Shown: piece by piece, positions 1 to 13,698 of the stretch
Numbering within the stretch: the first letter of the stretch is position 1
Layout of the letters: every line of letters starts with the position of its first letter
Origin: Camelus dromedarius
Lineage: Eukaryota
NCBI RefSeq assembly: GCF_036321535.1
Contig: NC_087436.1
Span: 11,656,001 to 11,720,000, forward strand
Reading direction: 5' to 3'
Length of the DNA: 64,000 nucleotides
Program-made: the position numbers and the translations under genes
Notes under the pieces: model-generated
Told to the model about the DNA's origin: nothing
What the model saw: the letters and a program-made list of their open reading frames with translations, nothing else
The model's database searches: none

Positions 1-3000
1 CTGTTGATATTTTTACTTATCTGAATTCCCGTGTGCCCCAGGAATTCATCGTAGTGTTTACAATGCAACCTCTCTATTGATTGTGTCTGTGGAGGGTGGG
101 GGTTGTTTGGCTCATATGATTTTTATAAACTGCATGATGTCACTCTTCCTGGAACAGAGGCAACCAGTATTTGTCCCACCTGGGTTTGTTTGTTTTTTTA
201 GCTCAGTTGTAGCAGAAAGGAAAATCAGACCAGGTAGAAAGATTTCTTTATAGCCACGTGTTTAGATGATAACAGAAAACCGAGCAGTTTCGCAGAATTG
301 CTGAGAACTAAGGAGCGTAGCCTGTTCAGCTGGCGCCTTCCTCCTCTCTGTTGTGTGCTCTTTGATGGTTCACTCACACATCACACGTAGCCACTTCAGT
401 GCAGGTTTTCCATTCGTCTTCCCTCATCTCTAGTGTTCACGTATTCCTGTGTGAAAGTTCATTTTCTACCTTTGTCTTTTTAGTTGAAGCCATTCATGTT
501 TTACTGATTTAATTTTCCTTACAAATAACCCCTCATTTCTGTCTCTGTTTGCAGCTCCTCCTGCTCCGTTTGCCTCTTTGTGGCACTGGAGGACCAGCGC
601 TTTAAGCACCATTTTATGTCTGGTCTAATCAGAGTGATCCATAGTATAATGCTTTTATTTCTGTATTGATTTTCAGCTCTCGTGTGTTTGGGGCAATGAT
701 GGATTAAGAAATAAGAACTAATCTGTTATCCACTGTTTCTTGTATCATCTTTAGTTATTACTTTATCTTTCCATTAAATTATGTCTTTTACATTTTTTCA
801 TATTAATGCTTTTATTTAGTGTCTTTTCAAGTTTTTTTGAGTCTACATTTTTAATTGCTGCAAATGCACATTAGTAGTGCTTTTTCTGTTTTGCCCAGTG
901 TTAACAGGAGTTCTCAATTTAGAACCAACTGTGTATTCTGCCAGTTTGCTACTCCCTCCTTTTTCTAGACCATTAATAAATATTTTAATTTAGAATGGAC
1001 ATCAGCATTCTCCCTGGTGACACCTCATTAGAAATACCCACTTGCTGACATAGTCCATTTTTAGGAAGTTTTGGTCCATATGATTATGTTTATTATCTAA
1101 GCCAAAAATAAGTATTTAGACATACAACATCCGATGAGATTCAGGATCATATATGTTCAAATTTGGCATGATTTTTTAAAACATCCCTCTGCCTTTTACT
1201 CATCGTTTCATAGGCTCCTAGAAGTTCGAATGCTTTTCTCAAAATATTCTAAATTTTTACTAAGAATTATTATCACTTAAAAGGTATTTACAAGGCATTC
1301 ACCTCCTACCCTATTTTGAAAATTGGTATTTGCCTTTTTTAAATTTTCTGATCTCTCCTCAGTTCTCCAAGATTTTTCAAAAATAATTGTAAGTGGCTCA
1401 GTAAGTACATTAGCTAGTTCCCTTAACACTTTAGTATGCATGCCATCTGGGTCTGCTGATTTTATAAGTGTTTACATTTTCCAAATACCCTTTTACCTCC
1501 TTTTATAAGTAGCCATCTCTATAAGTCTTCATTACTTCATATTTGTCCATATTATTTGGTGTCAGTTTTTGTTCCTACAAAAAAAATAGATACATAAAAG
1601 GTTTTCATAGCCTTAGCCCATTCAGATTGTTATTTCCTTTATGCTAGTCTTTCAAACTTCCTTCTAAATAGTTTGTTTTATCTTTAGTACTTTTTAAACA
1701 TTTTTATTTGTAAAGAGTCTCTTCTTGTGTATTCCCTCTTTTGGCATCTTTAGCTTTGGCTTTACCCTTAGGGGGAAAACTAATTCTCTTCTAATTTCTG
1801 GAATAAGTATGTCACTTTGGAAAACGTGCTGAAGAGTTCTTGGGAAAATCCTATCAAGTATTCTTTTTTCTCTTTTGCGTGGAGTTGTGATTGTCTGTTC
1901 AGTTGCCATTGTTTCTGGGCTTCTCTGGTTGGCTTTGGAGTGTCCCTGCCACCTGTATTAACTTTGGATTTCTCACTTCTTCAGGCTTTATTTTGAGGTG
2001 GGAATGCAGGTCCCTGAAGGGTCTCTTCTCTTCTGCCCTTTCAGGGTGCCTGGGGAGGCACTGGCAGACCTGGCAGGGAGCAGTGAGCTGCATCTGCATA
2101 GTCTCCTCAAAGTGTGTTTATCTCACATATTTTTGAAAAAGTGTTTTGTTGGATGCTTTTTCAACAGCACCATTTGTCCTTTTAGAGTGGTTCTAGTCAA
2201 GATTAACTCTGCGTAGGTAGGCAAGAATGAGGCAAAGATGAATTTCTCATGCTGACATAACTTCATAGTAATGATGCACTTTATCACAGTCATGCTAAGA
2301 CACAGCAGACAGAATGTGGTAGCAGTGCTGAAATGGTAGATAATATGTCTACCATGACACTGACTTATTTATTAGGCTCTGATTCTGTGGACTCACGCTA
2401 ATTTGCATGGATGATCTCTTTGTATCTCAAACATTAGGTTAGCATCTTCAGTACGCCGTCTTGGGATTGCATAAGGTACTGTTGGATTTGGACAGCGTAG
2501 TGAAAATTGGGCATGTTGTGCTGCTGTGCTTTATTGTTCGCTTCCTTTTATCTTCGGGACCTCTGTTTTTACAAGTGCTATCGTACTATTTCTGTGCATA
2601 TGTTTTTCTTTCATTTACCCAGGATATCTATTGAGATTTCCAGTTGGAAAAATTATAAAACTTGATTATTTCAGGAGGCAATTTTAAACTAATATTTAAT
2701 AGGTGAAGAAAATGAAAGAACAAAGTTTAATTGACATACATTTCAGGATGGCCACTTGAATTTAACTCCCTACCCTTTGCCTTCCTTAAATATGTCACAT
2801 TTAACTTTTTCATGCAAATGTCTTCCTAGTTTTCTATTCTTTTACATTCGTGTAAGTAGTACTGTGTTTCTCAAATGAGATCAGGTGTCTTTTACAAATA
2901 ATTGGAGTCTAAGAGCCCTGACACCTCTTTTGATGGTAAGTAGCACAGTGGCTTTTAGCACCATCTCTTGATCTCGTACAGATATCCCTGCTCATGTCTT

Positions 3001-4901
3001 TCCATTATACGTTCTTCCTTTTCCCTGTTATCTCTGGTTCGCGGAGTCCCACATCCTCACCCCATTTCACTTCTCTTGGGTGAGTAAAGGACAGACATTA
3101 CTACTTTTCTCTCTGGTCAGTAGCACATTTTCCCCTCCATCTTCATTTTGATGTACAAAAGTGAATTATTGCATAGAAGTCATGAGATTCATAGTTGAGA
3201 ATCATGAAATCTAAGAAACCTATATTGTTTCTCAAGGATTTTTTGAAAACTCTTCCCTTCTGAGATTTTTTCAAACTGATCTTCATCAGAGATGTTAACC
3301 AAGCCTCTTTCAACTGTTGTCTAACTGCTGGTCAGAGTTTAAAAGTTTAAACACTAATCTGTAAATCCCTGGATATAGGGTTTCTCTTACTGTCTGTTCC
3401 ACCCCTATGATTTCACAACTTCGCCCCCTCCCCTTTTTTCCTTTGGGGATAGGAGGGAGTCTTTGTTAATTCTTCCATTTATTTATTTGCATTCAACACT
3501 AAAAGAAGGGCAGGTCTGGTGAAAAATAATATAATTGGTCTACGTTCAGTCTTCTTTTTAAGATCTTTAAAATTAAAACTCTTTCTACTCTCCAGTTAAT
3601 AAATTATGAAAATAGGCTTCTTTTTGGAAACAGGATTTACTCTGATTTCTGTCTGCCCATCTTCCTATAGTTCCAGGTACAGGTAGGTCATTACTCAGTC
3701 AAGGTTGCAAACCTCCCCTTTCTGTATGTATGACTCATTCCGTCTTCTATTTGTGTTGATTTTTTGTTTCTTGTGAACCATCTCACCTTTGCCTTGAAAG
3801 GATCTTGTCATTCTTTACAGCATTCCACATGTGACATCATTAGCTTTTATGTTCTTCTGATTTCATAGCCATGTTTTCAGTGTTGCCGAAGAGTGCCTGT
3901 TTGTACTCAGTAAAAACAGATACATTGACTGTGAAATTCTGTCTACTCTCAAGGTTCCACCCGCTCCAGGAAGCTTTCACTAAATTCACTAAATGGCTGC
4001 GTTTCATTGTCTGATCAGGAGCAGCAATTAATGTCTATAACTAATCATGTAGTTTTCTGGTCATATTTAATTGTAAGTTGTTCTTGAATTACTTTAGAGT
4101 CTTGTCTCCTTAGTGATATCTGTAAGCTCTTGAGGGTAGAGACCATATCTTACATTTCTTATGTAGAACACCTAGCACAATTCTGGTCAAATACAGATGA
4201 TAGGCTCTTAGTAAATAGTTGTTGGATTGAGTTAAATTGAAGAAATTTGTAGACTTATTCTCAGTGCTCGACCATTGTGCATTCATTCATTATGAGTTCT
4301 AGTATCTCCATTATCTGTCCTCTTGGTTGTTTTATTTGTGGGGCATCCAGGGAGGTCTCTTTACTTGAGATCCAGGAATCTGTGCTTTCTTGTGAACTCC
4401 AACTCAATTAGTCTTCCTTTTTCAATATTTTTTTTCCTTCTTCCATCTTTCTTTTAATATCTTACTGTCCTTTTCACATTGCCCACCCACTAACATAAGT
4501 TTCACTCCACTCTGCTCTCCTGGATTGTGGAGATCTAATCCCTGGTCATCACCAAGCTGGGGTCTAGTTTATAGCAAGCCCTGTGACATACTGCAGCCTT
4601 GCCAGTGCTGACTGCCTGCTGTTTTTGGCTTAAATACTGCTTTTGCTTGAAGGATCAGAAACTTAATTTTAGTTTCTGATATCCTTATTTTTGACTCAAT
4701 GTGCTAGATGATAGAACTGTAGTTCTAACATGTGCCCCCTTTGTTGATGTTGATTAAATGTTGAATAGGTGATTGTTTTCCCGCAGCTCACCCTACCATC
4801 TTCATCCTAACACTCTCCACGTCAGTGTCTTTGTAAGATCTTTTAAATCCCTGAATATGCAATAGCTATTTGTTCAAGTGCTTATACGTCTGCCCTTCCA
4901 G

Positions 4902-5019
4902 TTGATGGTGGTGGTCGGGGGCCAAGCACCGAAGGCTATCCGAAGTGTGGAATGCTATGACTTCAAAGAAGAACGGTGGCACCAAGTGGCAGAATTGCCT
5001 TCCAGGAGATGTAGGGCAG
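4902..5019 (+). CDS. KLHL2: KLHL2 internal coding exon (start of Kelch repeat 1; about exon 9)
   Basis: ttccag|TTG...GCAG|gtaagc; 118 nt; LMVVVGGQAPKAIRSVECYDFKEERWHQVAELPSRRCRA(G); phase-1 end joins the next exon in frame. Confidence 0.96.
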
Positions 5020-6420
5020 GTAAGCATGATGCATTATGGTCATTTCCCTACTACTGGGTCATTGAGAGCTTCTCTCTCAAGTCTTATTTTATTTAGAAGA
5101 ATCTTTATTAGCAAAACTTGGATTAAAATAGCTATGTGGTTAAACAGTGATTCAGGAGCTTCGTGCAATTCACAAGACATTGTTGGGGAAAGCCGCTCTG
5201 TCTTCAGCTTTACATTTTTTTCTGATTCTCTGGTATAAGACAGAGTAGCTTGCAATTTACTGGATATTTTCCTCGTTGCCTTTGCTGAAGCGCTAAGAAA
5301 GAATCTTTAGAATTGGGACCCTCTGTTCTAAGCGATTCCTGACTTATCTATGAGCCACAGTTGCCTTCTTCCAAGCATTTGTTTCACAGACATTTGTTGA
5401 AATAGACCTTATTTAGCCAAAACTGCAATCAGAAGAGGCAGTTGCAAACTCTAAGGATTCTTCCTGGGACTCAAACCTGGAACCGTAATTCATAGCGCCC
5501 ATAGCAAAATGAGTTCTAAGTGCAATGGAACATTTCCATCACGGTCGTACTTTAACAATACATCTTGGAGATAGTTACATAACAGCATAGTTACCTCATT
5601 CTTTTAGTGCTGTCTAATACTTCGGAGGAGAGTCTGGAGGTAGTATGATTTTTACTAGCTTTTTATTGAACATTGAACTTGTTTTTACTCTTACATTATA
5701 AACAATGCGGCAATGAATTCCTTATACATACATCATTATGTCCATGTGCCAATATATTTTAGGGGGATAAAACTCTTAACACTAGAATTAATGATTCAGA
5801 GGCTATCCTAAGAGGATACATCAATTATTACTTCTACTAACAGTAAAATATGAAGGTGCCAGTTTCCCTGCATACCCTGTTAACACCTTGTAATTAAATG
5901 TTTCGAGTTTTGCCAATCTGGTAGGTGAAAAATACTGTCTCATCTACTTTGCACTTTTATTATGAGGAAAATTAAACATCTTTCTGAATTGTCAGTTAAT
6001 GATTTTTGCCATTTTTTAATTATATTGTTTTATCAATTTGTCAGATGTTAAGGAGGGTAATTTTTTTGTCTGTCATTTGTGGTGTGAATATTTATTTATA
6101 TTAATTTTTTATCTGTTGACTTTATTTGTGTTATTTTTTTCCATGTAACTATTTTATCTTTTTATGAAGTACCACAGAGTTTTGCCTTTGGACCTTAGGA
6201 TTCATTTCTTGTGTAGAAGAGGCTTACTCAAAAATTATTTATGTGTATAATAATATATGTGTGTGTAATTCCCTAATATTAATATCTTATAATTGTGATG
6301 CAGTTATCAAAACTAAGAAATTAGTGTTGGTACATTACTGTTAACTAAACTACAGACTTATAAGTTATCATTTTTTCCATTAATGTCCTTATTCTATTTC
6401 AAGATCCCACATTGCATTTA

Positions 6421-9400
6421 TTTTTATTATTTTTTTAATTGAAGTATTATGTTGGCTGTGGGTTTGTCATAGCTGGCTTTATTATGTTGAGCTCGGTTCC
6501 CTCTATACCCACTTTGGTGAGAGTTTTTATCATGAATGGATGTTCAAATTTATCAAATGCTTTTTCTGCCTCGGTTGAGATGATCATGTGCCTTTTGTCT
6601 TTCCTTTTGTTAATAGATGTATCAGATTGATTGATTTGTGTATGTAGAACCAATCTTATGATCCTGAAATGAATTCAGCTTTATCATGGTATATGATGCT
6701 TTTTTATGTATTGTTGGATTCAATTTGCTATATTTTGTTGAGGATTTTTGCATCTATATTTATCAAAGGTATTGGCCTATAATTTTCTTTCTGTGTAGTC
6801 TCTTTGTCTAGTTTTGGTATCAGGGTGATGGTGGCTTCACAAAATTACTTTGGGAATGTTCCCTCACCAGTCTTTTGGAATAATTTGAGAAGGATAGGTA
6901 TAAGTTCTTTGTATGTTTGGTACAGTTCCCCGGTAGAGCCATTTGGTCTTGGACTTACGTTTGAAGGGAGTTGTTTTGTTTTGTTTTGTTTTAACAGATT
7001 CTGTTTTATTGCTAGTGATCAGTCTGTTCAAATTATGTTTTTTCTTGTCTCAAATTGGGCTGGCTGTATGTTTCTAGAAACTTGTCCATTTCTTCTGGTT
7101 GTCCAATTTGTTGGCCTATAACTGTTTGTTATATTCTCGTGAATTTTTTGTATCTCTGTGGTATTGGTTACTTCTCTTCCATTTCTCATTTTGGTTATTT
7201 GGGTCCACTCTCAGTTCTTGTTGGTGAACCTGGCTAGAGGTTTGTTGATTTTTTTTTTATCTTTTCTAAAAACCACCTCTTAGTTTTATTGATCTTTTCT
7301 ATTGTTTTTTGATCTTCATTTTATTTCCTCTGTGATCTTTATTATATTCCTTTCTTCTGCTGACATTGTGTTTTGTTTGTTCTTCTTCTAATTCTTTTAG
7401 GTGGTAGGTGAGGTTGTTTATTTGAGATTTTTCTTGTTTCTCGAGGAAGACCTGTATGGCTATGAAATTCTCTCTTAGAACCTCTTTTGCCACATCCCAT
7501 AGATTTTGTAAGGTTATGTTTTCATTGTTTGTCTTGAGATACTTTCTTATTTCTTATTTGATTGCTGACTGATTTTTTTTTTAGTAGCATGTTTTTGGTC
7601 TCCACGTGTTTGTTTTATTCCCATTTTTCTTCCTATGGTTGATTTCTGGTTTCATACCATTGTGGTCAGAAAACATGCTGGACATAATCTGTTTTCTTAC
7701 ATTTGTTGACATTTGTCTTGTGACCTAGTATATGGTCTTTCCTAGAGAACGTTCCATGTGTGTTCCATGTGTTGTCTGGTTTTTCTTTGAGTGTAATGTC
7801 CTGTAGATACTAATTAAGGCCTGTTGTTCTATTTTGCCATTTAAGACCTCTGTTTCCTTTTTGATTTTTTTTTTGTCTGGAAGATCTGTTCATTGATATC
7901 AGTGGGTTGTTAAATTTTCCCACTGTTTTGTATTCTTGTCAATTTCTCCCTTTGTTTTTTTAGTATTTATTTTATATATTTAGGTGCTCCTATATTGAGT
8001 ACATATATGTCAGTGAGTGTAATATCCTCTTCTTATATTGGTCCCTTTATCATTATGTAATGTCCTTCTTTGTTTTTCTTTATAACCTTTGTTTTAAAGT
8101 CCATTTTGTCTGATACGAATATTGTTACCCGTGCTTTCTTGTTACTTCCATTTGAATGAAATATCTTTTACCATCTTCTCACTTTGAATCTGTGTGTCTT
8201 TCACCCTGAAGTGAGTCTCTTGTAGGCAGCATGTTGTAATTTCTTGTTTTTTAATCCAATCTGCCACTGTGGAATATTTAATCCATTGACAATTAAGGTA
8301 ATTATTCACAAATATGTGCTTATTGCCATTTTATTTTCCAGTTGATTTTGTAGTTCTTCTTTGTTCATGTCTTCTATTTTCCCTCTTGTTGTTTGATAGT
8401 TTTCTTATGTATTGTGCTTGAGTTCCTTTCTTCTTGTTTTTTTGTGAATCTGTGGTATATTTCTGATTGATTACCCTGTTTTTCAAGTATATTGATCTGT
8501 AACTGTATCTGCTTGCTTTATAGTCTGATAGTCATATAAGTTCAAACACATTCTAAAAGATCTATAATTTTTACTCCCCTCCCCCATACTTTGTGATTTT
8601 GATGTCCTGTTTTACATCTTCATGTTTATCCTTTTGCTGTTAATTATAGTTATAATCACTTTTACAAAATTTTTTGATTTTTTTTTTAATATATGTACTG
8701 ACTTATTTAAGTGATCTTCAATTCTCTTACACACTTGCTTTTCCTATTGTGATTTTCCTTTTCCTATAGATTCGTACTTCTTTTTAGAGAAGACCTCTCA
8801 CTGTTTCTTTTAGGGTTTAGTTTAGTATCATTGAATTCTTTTAGTTTTTGCTTGTCTCAGAAATTCTTTCTCCTATTCTAAATGATAACCTTGCTGGGTA
8901 GGGAATCCTAGGTTGCAGGTTCTTCCCTTGCCACTGCCTTCTAGCCTGCAGAGTTTCTGCAGAGAAATCAGCTGATAACCTTATGAGGGTTCACTTGTAA
9001 CTGACTTCTTTCCTCTGCCCTGATTGCTAAGAAACTAGCATTCGCCCCCTCGTTGCAAGCCAACTCCAGGTCACTCTAGGCCTTCTCTCTGTCCCAGTTG
9101 ACCTTCCAGCAGTAAGGAGGCTCCCCAGGATGTGCACCTGCCAGTGTGGACCTTTCCTCCTTCACAGATACTTCCCAGGGATGCCCTGCCCTGAATCACC
9201 AGATCTAAGTGTTTGACTAGCTCAACATTTCATCTGAGAGATGCCAGTGCCGCCGTGAATGTTTTTTTTCCCCATCCTACCTGGTTACATGGAGATCTTT
9301 CTTGCAGCTTCGGTTGCAAAAGAGATCTTCTGCCAGTTTCTAGCTGGTTTTTCTGTGAGATTTATTCCACATGTAGATGTATTTTTGATGTGTTTGTTGG

Positions 9401-9451
9401 GACAAGTGAGCTCCATGTCTTCCTACTCTGCCATCTTGATCCTCCTTTCTT
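6421..9451 (-). mobile_element. LINE-1 with both termini but internally deleted, nested in an older L1M-type fragment
   Basis: Minus-strand ORF2 peptides (HMIISTEAEKAFDK at 6447-6653; LRENFIAIQ...KSQINNLTYHLKELE at 7299-7493); poly-T at 6421-6436; L1-type 5' end gccatcttgatcc near 9430-9442; TSD acattgcattta 6409-6420 / acatttcattta 9452-9463. Confidence 0.85.
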
Positions 9452-9771
9452 ACATTTCATTTAGTTGTTGTATTTTCTTAGTCTGTTCTGATCTGTGACA
9501 GTTCCTCAGTCTTTTCCTGTCTTTCATGCCCTCGATTCTTTTAATGAGCACTTGGTCAGGTATTTTGAAGAATGTCTCAGTTTTGGGTTTAATATTTTCT
9601 CATCATTAGATTGGGGTAATTATGATTATTTCTGGTGACTTTAACCTTGGTCACTTGAAAAAGGTAGTGTCTGCCAGGTTTCTCAGCTATAATAAAATTT
9701 ATATATATATTTTTAAAATATATATATATTTATTTATTTAAAGTTGTCTTTTTCTCTTTTTTTCAAAGAAT

Positions 9772-9927
9772 CTTCGTTTTTGTTTGTTTTTTGGTTTTTT
9801 GTGTGTGTGGTGGGGGGTAAATTAGATTTATTTATTTACTTACTTACTTAATGGAGGTCCTAGGGATTGAACCCAGGACCTTGTGCATGCTAAGCACACA
9901 CTCTACCACTGAGGTATACCCTCCACC
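9772..9927 (-). mobile_element. tRNA-Ala-like SINE (camelid vic-1-like)
   Basis: Reverse complement reads GGGTATACCTCAGTGGTAGAG...GGGTTCAATCCC (Pol III A and B boxes) plus A-rich tail. Confidence 0.85.
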
Positions 9928-11117
9928 CAAATTATATTTTTAAAGTATGAGTTTTTTCTAGTACTTTTACAGTTTTATTTTTTATATTTATATAAAAAAC
10001 ATCTGGACTTAATTTTGATGAAAGAAGATGTGGATTTTTTTTTTAATGGCTAGCCAGTTGTTATAACACCTTTTATTGTCCAGTCTACCTGTATCCACTC
10101 ATTTTAAGTGCTGCTTTATTATATAGTAAATTTCTAAATGTACTAGATTTTATTCTGAATTTTTTGTTCTGGTCCATTGACTTGTCTTGCCTCATGCATT
10201 AAAACAGAACAGTTTTAATTATTGTGCTGTATTATACATGATGGGACTTGTTACAGGACTAGTGATAGGACTTAATCTGTTGGTGGATATTTAACATTTT
10301 CTTATGGTTCTGCATGCTGCCTGCTGTGTCACTGCTCACTGTCCCCAGGCCCTCCCAGGAGATCTGCCACATCCCCTGCTGTCGAGGGTCCTCAGGAAAT
10401 CCAATGGTTACCCTAAATTATTTGCTAGTTCTCTGCCTAGTTAAATTGGCCATTGCCCACAGCTCTCCTCACATACTCTGGATTTTCCAGAGTATAGCTT
10501 GACTATTCATTTCCTGACTGAACCAGAAACCTAGCTGCCAATACAGTCCACTTCATCTGAACTGCAGGGTCTTCACGCCATATGAAAGACTGCACATCCA
10601 TATGAATTTTGGGGGCAGGGTTGGGGGATAGAGCACCAGAGGGTAAGACATTGGGGAGTAGTGGTACATGCTTGCCTGATGACATCATACGAAACATTGT
10701 GTTAGTCAGACACTTGGAACTGGTGATTCCTGTACTCCCAGTGGGATTCAGGGAACTGTGAGTCACAGGGCCTGCCCTCTAGCTGGGGCAGTGACATAAA
10801 TGTTATAGAATTTAAGAACAATAAAAGTTTCAACAGTTTAAAGCAATGATATTGCAAACTACATAAGATTTTTTAGCCTTAAAGTAGGTGTTATTTGCTA
10901 TAGGGGATTAGGAGTTAGCGGTAGTCCCTTCAGGACTAGTGCGGGGAAGGCCTCCTAGAGCATGTGGAACTCTCACTGGGGTGTGCAACTGGAAGGGGCT
11001 CTTCTTAGATCAGGACAGCAGCATGAGAAAACTCAGGAACATGAAGGGTGGTGGAGGCCCCGAGTCTGGCAGCCTAGTTTCTCCGTCCAGATATCCTCAA
11101 GCATCCCAGAGTTAGCC

Positions 11118-11433
11118 CCGGGGCCAGCAAACTTTTTCTTAAAGGACCAGACACTAAGTATATGTGGCTTTGTGGGTTATCGGTCTCTGTCACAACTCAT
11201 CAAGTGCCGCTGTAGTCAAAAGCAGCCTCAGACACTACATAATGAATGGGTGGGGCTGTGTTTCAATAAATCTTTATTTATGGGCCCTGAAATTTTAATT
11301 TTATATGACTTCTTATGCATCACAAAATGTTCTTTTTCTTGATTGCTTTTCAACCATTTAAAACCGTAAAAAATGTAAAAACCTCAATGAGGTTCTACAA
11401 AAATAGTCTGCTGGCTATAATTTACCAACCCCT
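11118..11433. mobile_element. hAT-Charlie MITE, MER58-like
   Basis: Termini ggggccagcaaact ... tttaccaacccctg and typical internal text; recognised from memory. Confidence 0.65.
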
Positions 11434-11833
11434 GATTTAGCCCACTAACATGATAAACTGAGAGCCTGTTGTGCAAATTAAGTATAAACATATGGAGTAA
11501 AGGTCCAAAATTGAAAGCCCTGGGAGATGTGTACAGGTTCAAGTAGCTGGAAAATATTGGCCCATTGTTTAAGTCTACAAATAAGTATTTGAAAAAGCCA
11601 AAGTCAAAATAGTACCTCAGCCTATGCCATTGCATAATTCAGTAATAGAAAGGAACACAAGTTAGTCATTGTATATTGACTAAATTGCTAATGAGTAGGG
11701 CCCATTCAGTCAGGCTTCTCCTGAGGGGAGCTTATATTCTGACAGCAGCAGAAGGCTTACTGGGATGCAGACTTTAGGTGATGGCAGCAGCTGGGTCATG
11801 TGCACATCATTAATGGCTGTATTTCTTTTGCAG

Positions 11834-12031
11834 GGATGGTCTACATGGCTGGACTCGTTTTTGCTGTTGGTGGCTTTAATGGCTCCTTGAGGGTCCGCAC
11901 TGTAGATTCCTACGACCCCGTGAAAGATCAGTGGACCAGCGTTGCTAACATGCGGGACCGGAGAAGCACTCTGGGGGCTGCTGTACTGAATGGACTGTTA
12001 TATGCTGTGGGAGGCTTTGACGGGAGTACAG
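11834..12031 (+). CDS. KLHL2: KLHL2 coding exon (Kelch repeats; about exon 10), non-canonical GC donor
   Basis: ttgcag|GG ATG GTC...ACA G|gcaatt; 198 nt; [66 protein letters not shown](G). Confidence 0.94.
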
Positions 12032-12405
12032 GCAATTTCCTTTCATCCTTTCTACATTTCTGTAAGAGTTAACGTAGCAGTCACATTTATGGAACAAGTC
12101 CTGGCAAATTAGGACACATTAGAGTATTTTAACATGTATTTTAAAGACAAGTTTAAATTTTCCATCCAGAATTCCTTTAAATGACATGAGAGTGCTGAGT
12201 ATGTAACTTTTCTTCCCCATGCTTCAGTATCAGATATCTTCTGAACTTTAAAAAGCCAATAAATGTCAGTAGCTTGGGTAGGAACTGTCTGGAAGAGAAG
12301 CCATTCCTGTTTATCATGCAGTTGGATTTTAGCCCAATTTAATGTGGCTGAATATGTAAGGAACCCAAGGAGGAGGTGAAGCCCTCTGTGCCGTGTTCCC
12401 TGCAG

Positions 12406-12507
12406 GTCTGTCCTCCGTGGAGGCGTACAACATCAAGTCTAACGAGTGGTTCCACGTGGCCCCGATGAACACGAGGAGGAGCAGTGTGGGCGTCGGTGTC
12501 GTTGGAG
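12406..12507 (+). CDS. KLHL2: KLHL2 coding exon (about exon 11)
   Basis: ctgcag|GT CTG...GGA G|gtacgg; 102 nt; GLSSVEAYNIKSNEWFHVAPMNTRRSSVGVGVVG(G). Confidence 0.96.
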
Positions 12508-12984
12508 GTACGGCTGGCCTCCTGGTTGTTAGGAGTGGTTCTTCCCGGTCACCTGGACACCAGCTTTCTAAATGGGCAAGGAAGTGATCATTTAAAGAGA
12601 GAAAGTAGTGGTTATTGTAAAATATTCGTTATCCTTTTTTTGAAATCGGCTCGTCTGTATACTAACCTATATAAAGCAGCCCACCCTCTGGCCTCTCCTT
12701 CCCCCTTCCCCGTAACCTACATAAAACTAACTCCTCTTAATACTGTGGTTTGGGGAACAAACCGGATGACACGAATATGAAATTTTACATTTGAAGAACG
12801 GCTGTTTAACATTTAAGGGATGGGTTGCCACAGTTCTTTATTTATATCCTACCTTGTCCCCCCCTTAAGAAAGGCTGTAAGTATGATTTTTTTAGTGTGA
12901 TTTTTTTTTTAATTGTTTGAATAACTTTGTGTGTTCCCACTCCCCTCCCCAAGGTGGGTATAATCCTCTGCACTGACTTTTTTT

Positions 12985-13335
12985 AGCAGCTTTACTGAGA
13001 TAGACTCCACATACCATATCATTGACTTGTTTAAAGTGTACAATCCAGTGTACATGTATGCAATTCATGTTAAATCATTTTTATTACCCCAAAAAGCAGC
13101 CCTACTCCCTTGACTGTCACCCCCTTCCTCCCAGCCCTCAACAAACACTACTCTACTTTCTATCCCTGTATAAATTTTCCACTGACGGACATTTCATATT
13201 AATGAAATCATACAGTATATGGTCCTTTGTGACTGGCTTCTTTGACTTGGCGTAATGTTTTCAAGGTTCATTCATGCTGTAGCATTTACCAGTACCTCAT
13301 TTCTTTTTGTTGCCAAATAATATTTCATGGTATAC
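12985..13335 (-). mobile_element. Old L1M 3' end fragment
   Basis: cagctttactgagata...ttcaaggttcattcatgctgtagca, typical L1MB-type 3'UTR text. Confidence 0.65.
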
Positions 13336-13698
13336 TGGTGCTAATTCTTGATTTAACTTTTTTTTTCAATTTACTGAGGTAACTTTGATATTTAATTTGA
13401 TTTTCCAGGATGTTGTGCCGTTACCAAATAGTGTTACCCAAAGGCATAATGAGTGTCCTTTCTGTTCTGTCAGTCAGATGAACGTGTTAAATTAGTATCA
13501 CCGTATATGTCCCACAGATCTTCTTAATGTGACTGGATAACTCCACCTCTCACCATTAGATAAGATTTTAGTAGTTTGTAAAAACCAGTAACGCTTTAAA
13601 GGGAAACTCTGCTACCATAAAGGAAAAATATATTCTTTTCTGATTTGCAAAAAAACAGCTTTTTATGAACCTGACTCTCCTTGTGGTTCCGTGGCTAG

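Noticed and set aside
9695..9732. AT-only near-palindrome
   Set aside because: Low-complexity (TA)n sequence next to a SINE tail; expected by slippage.
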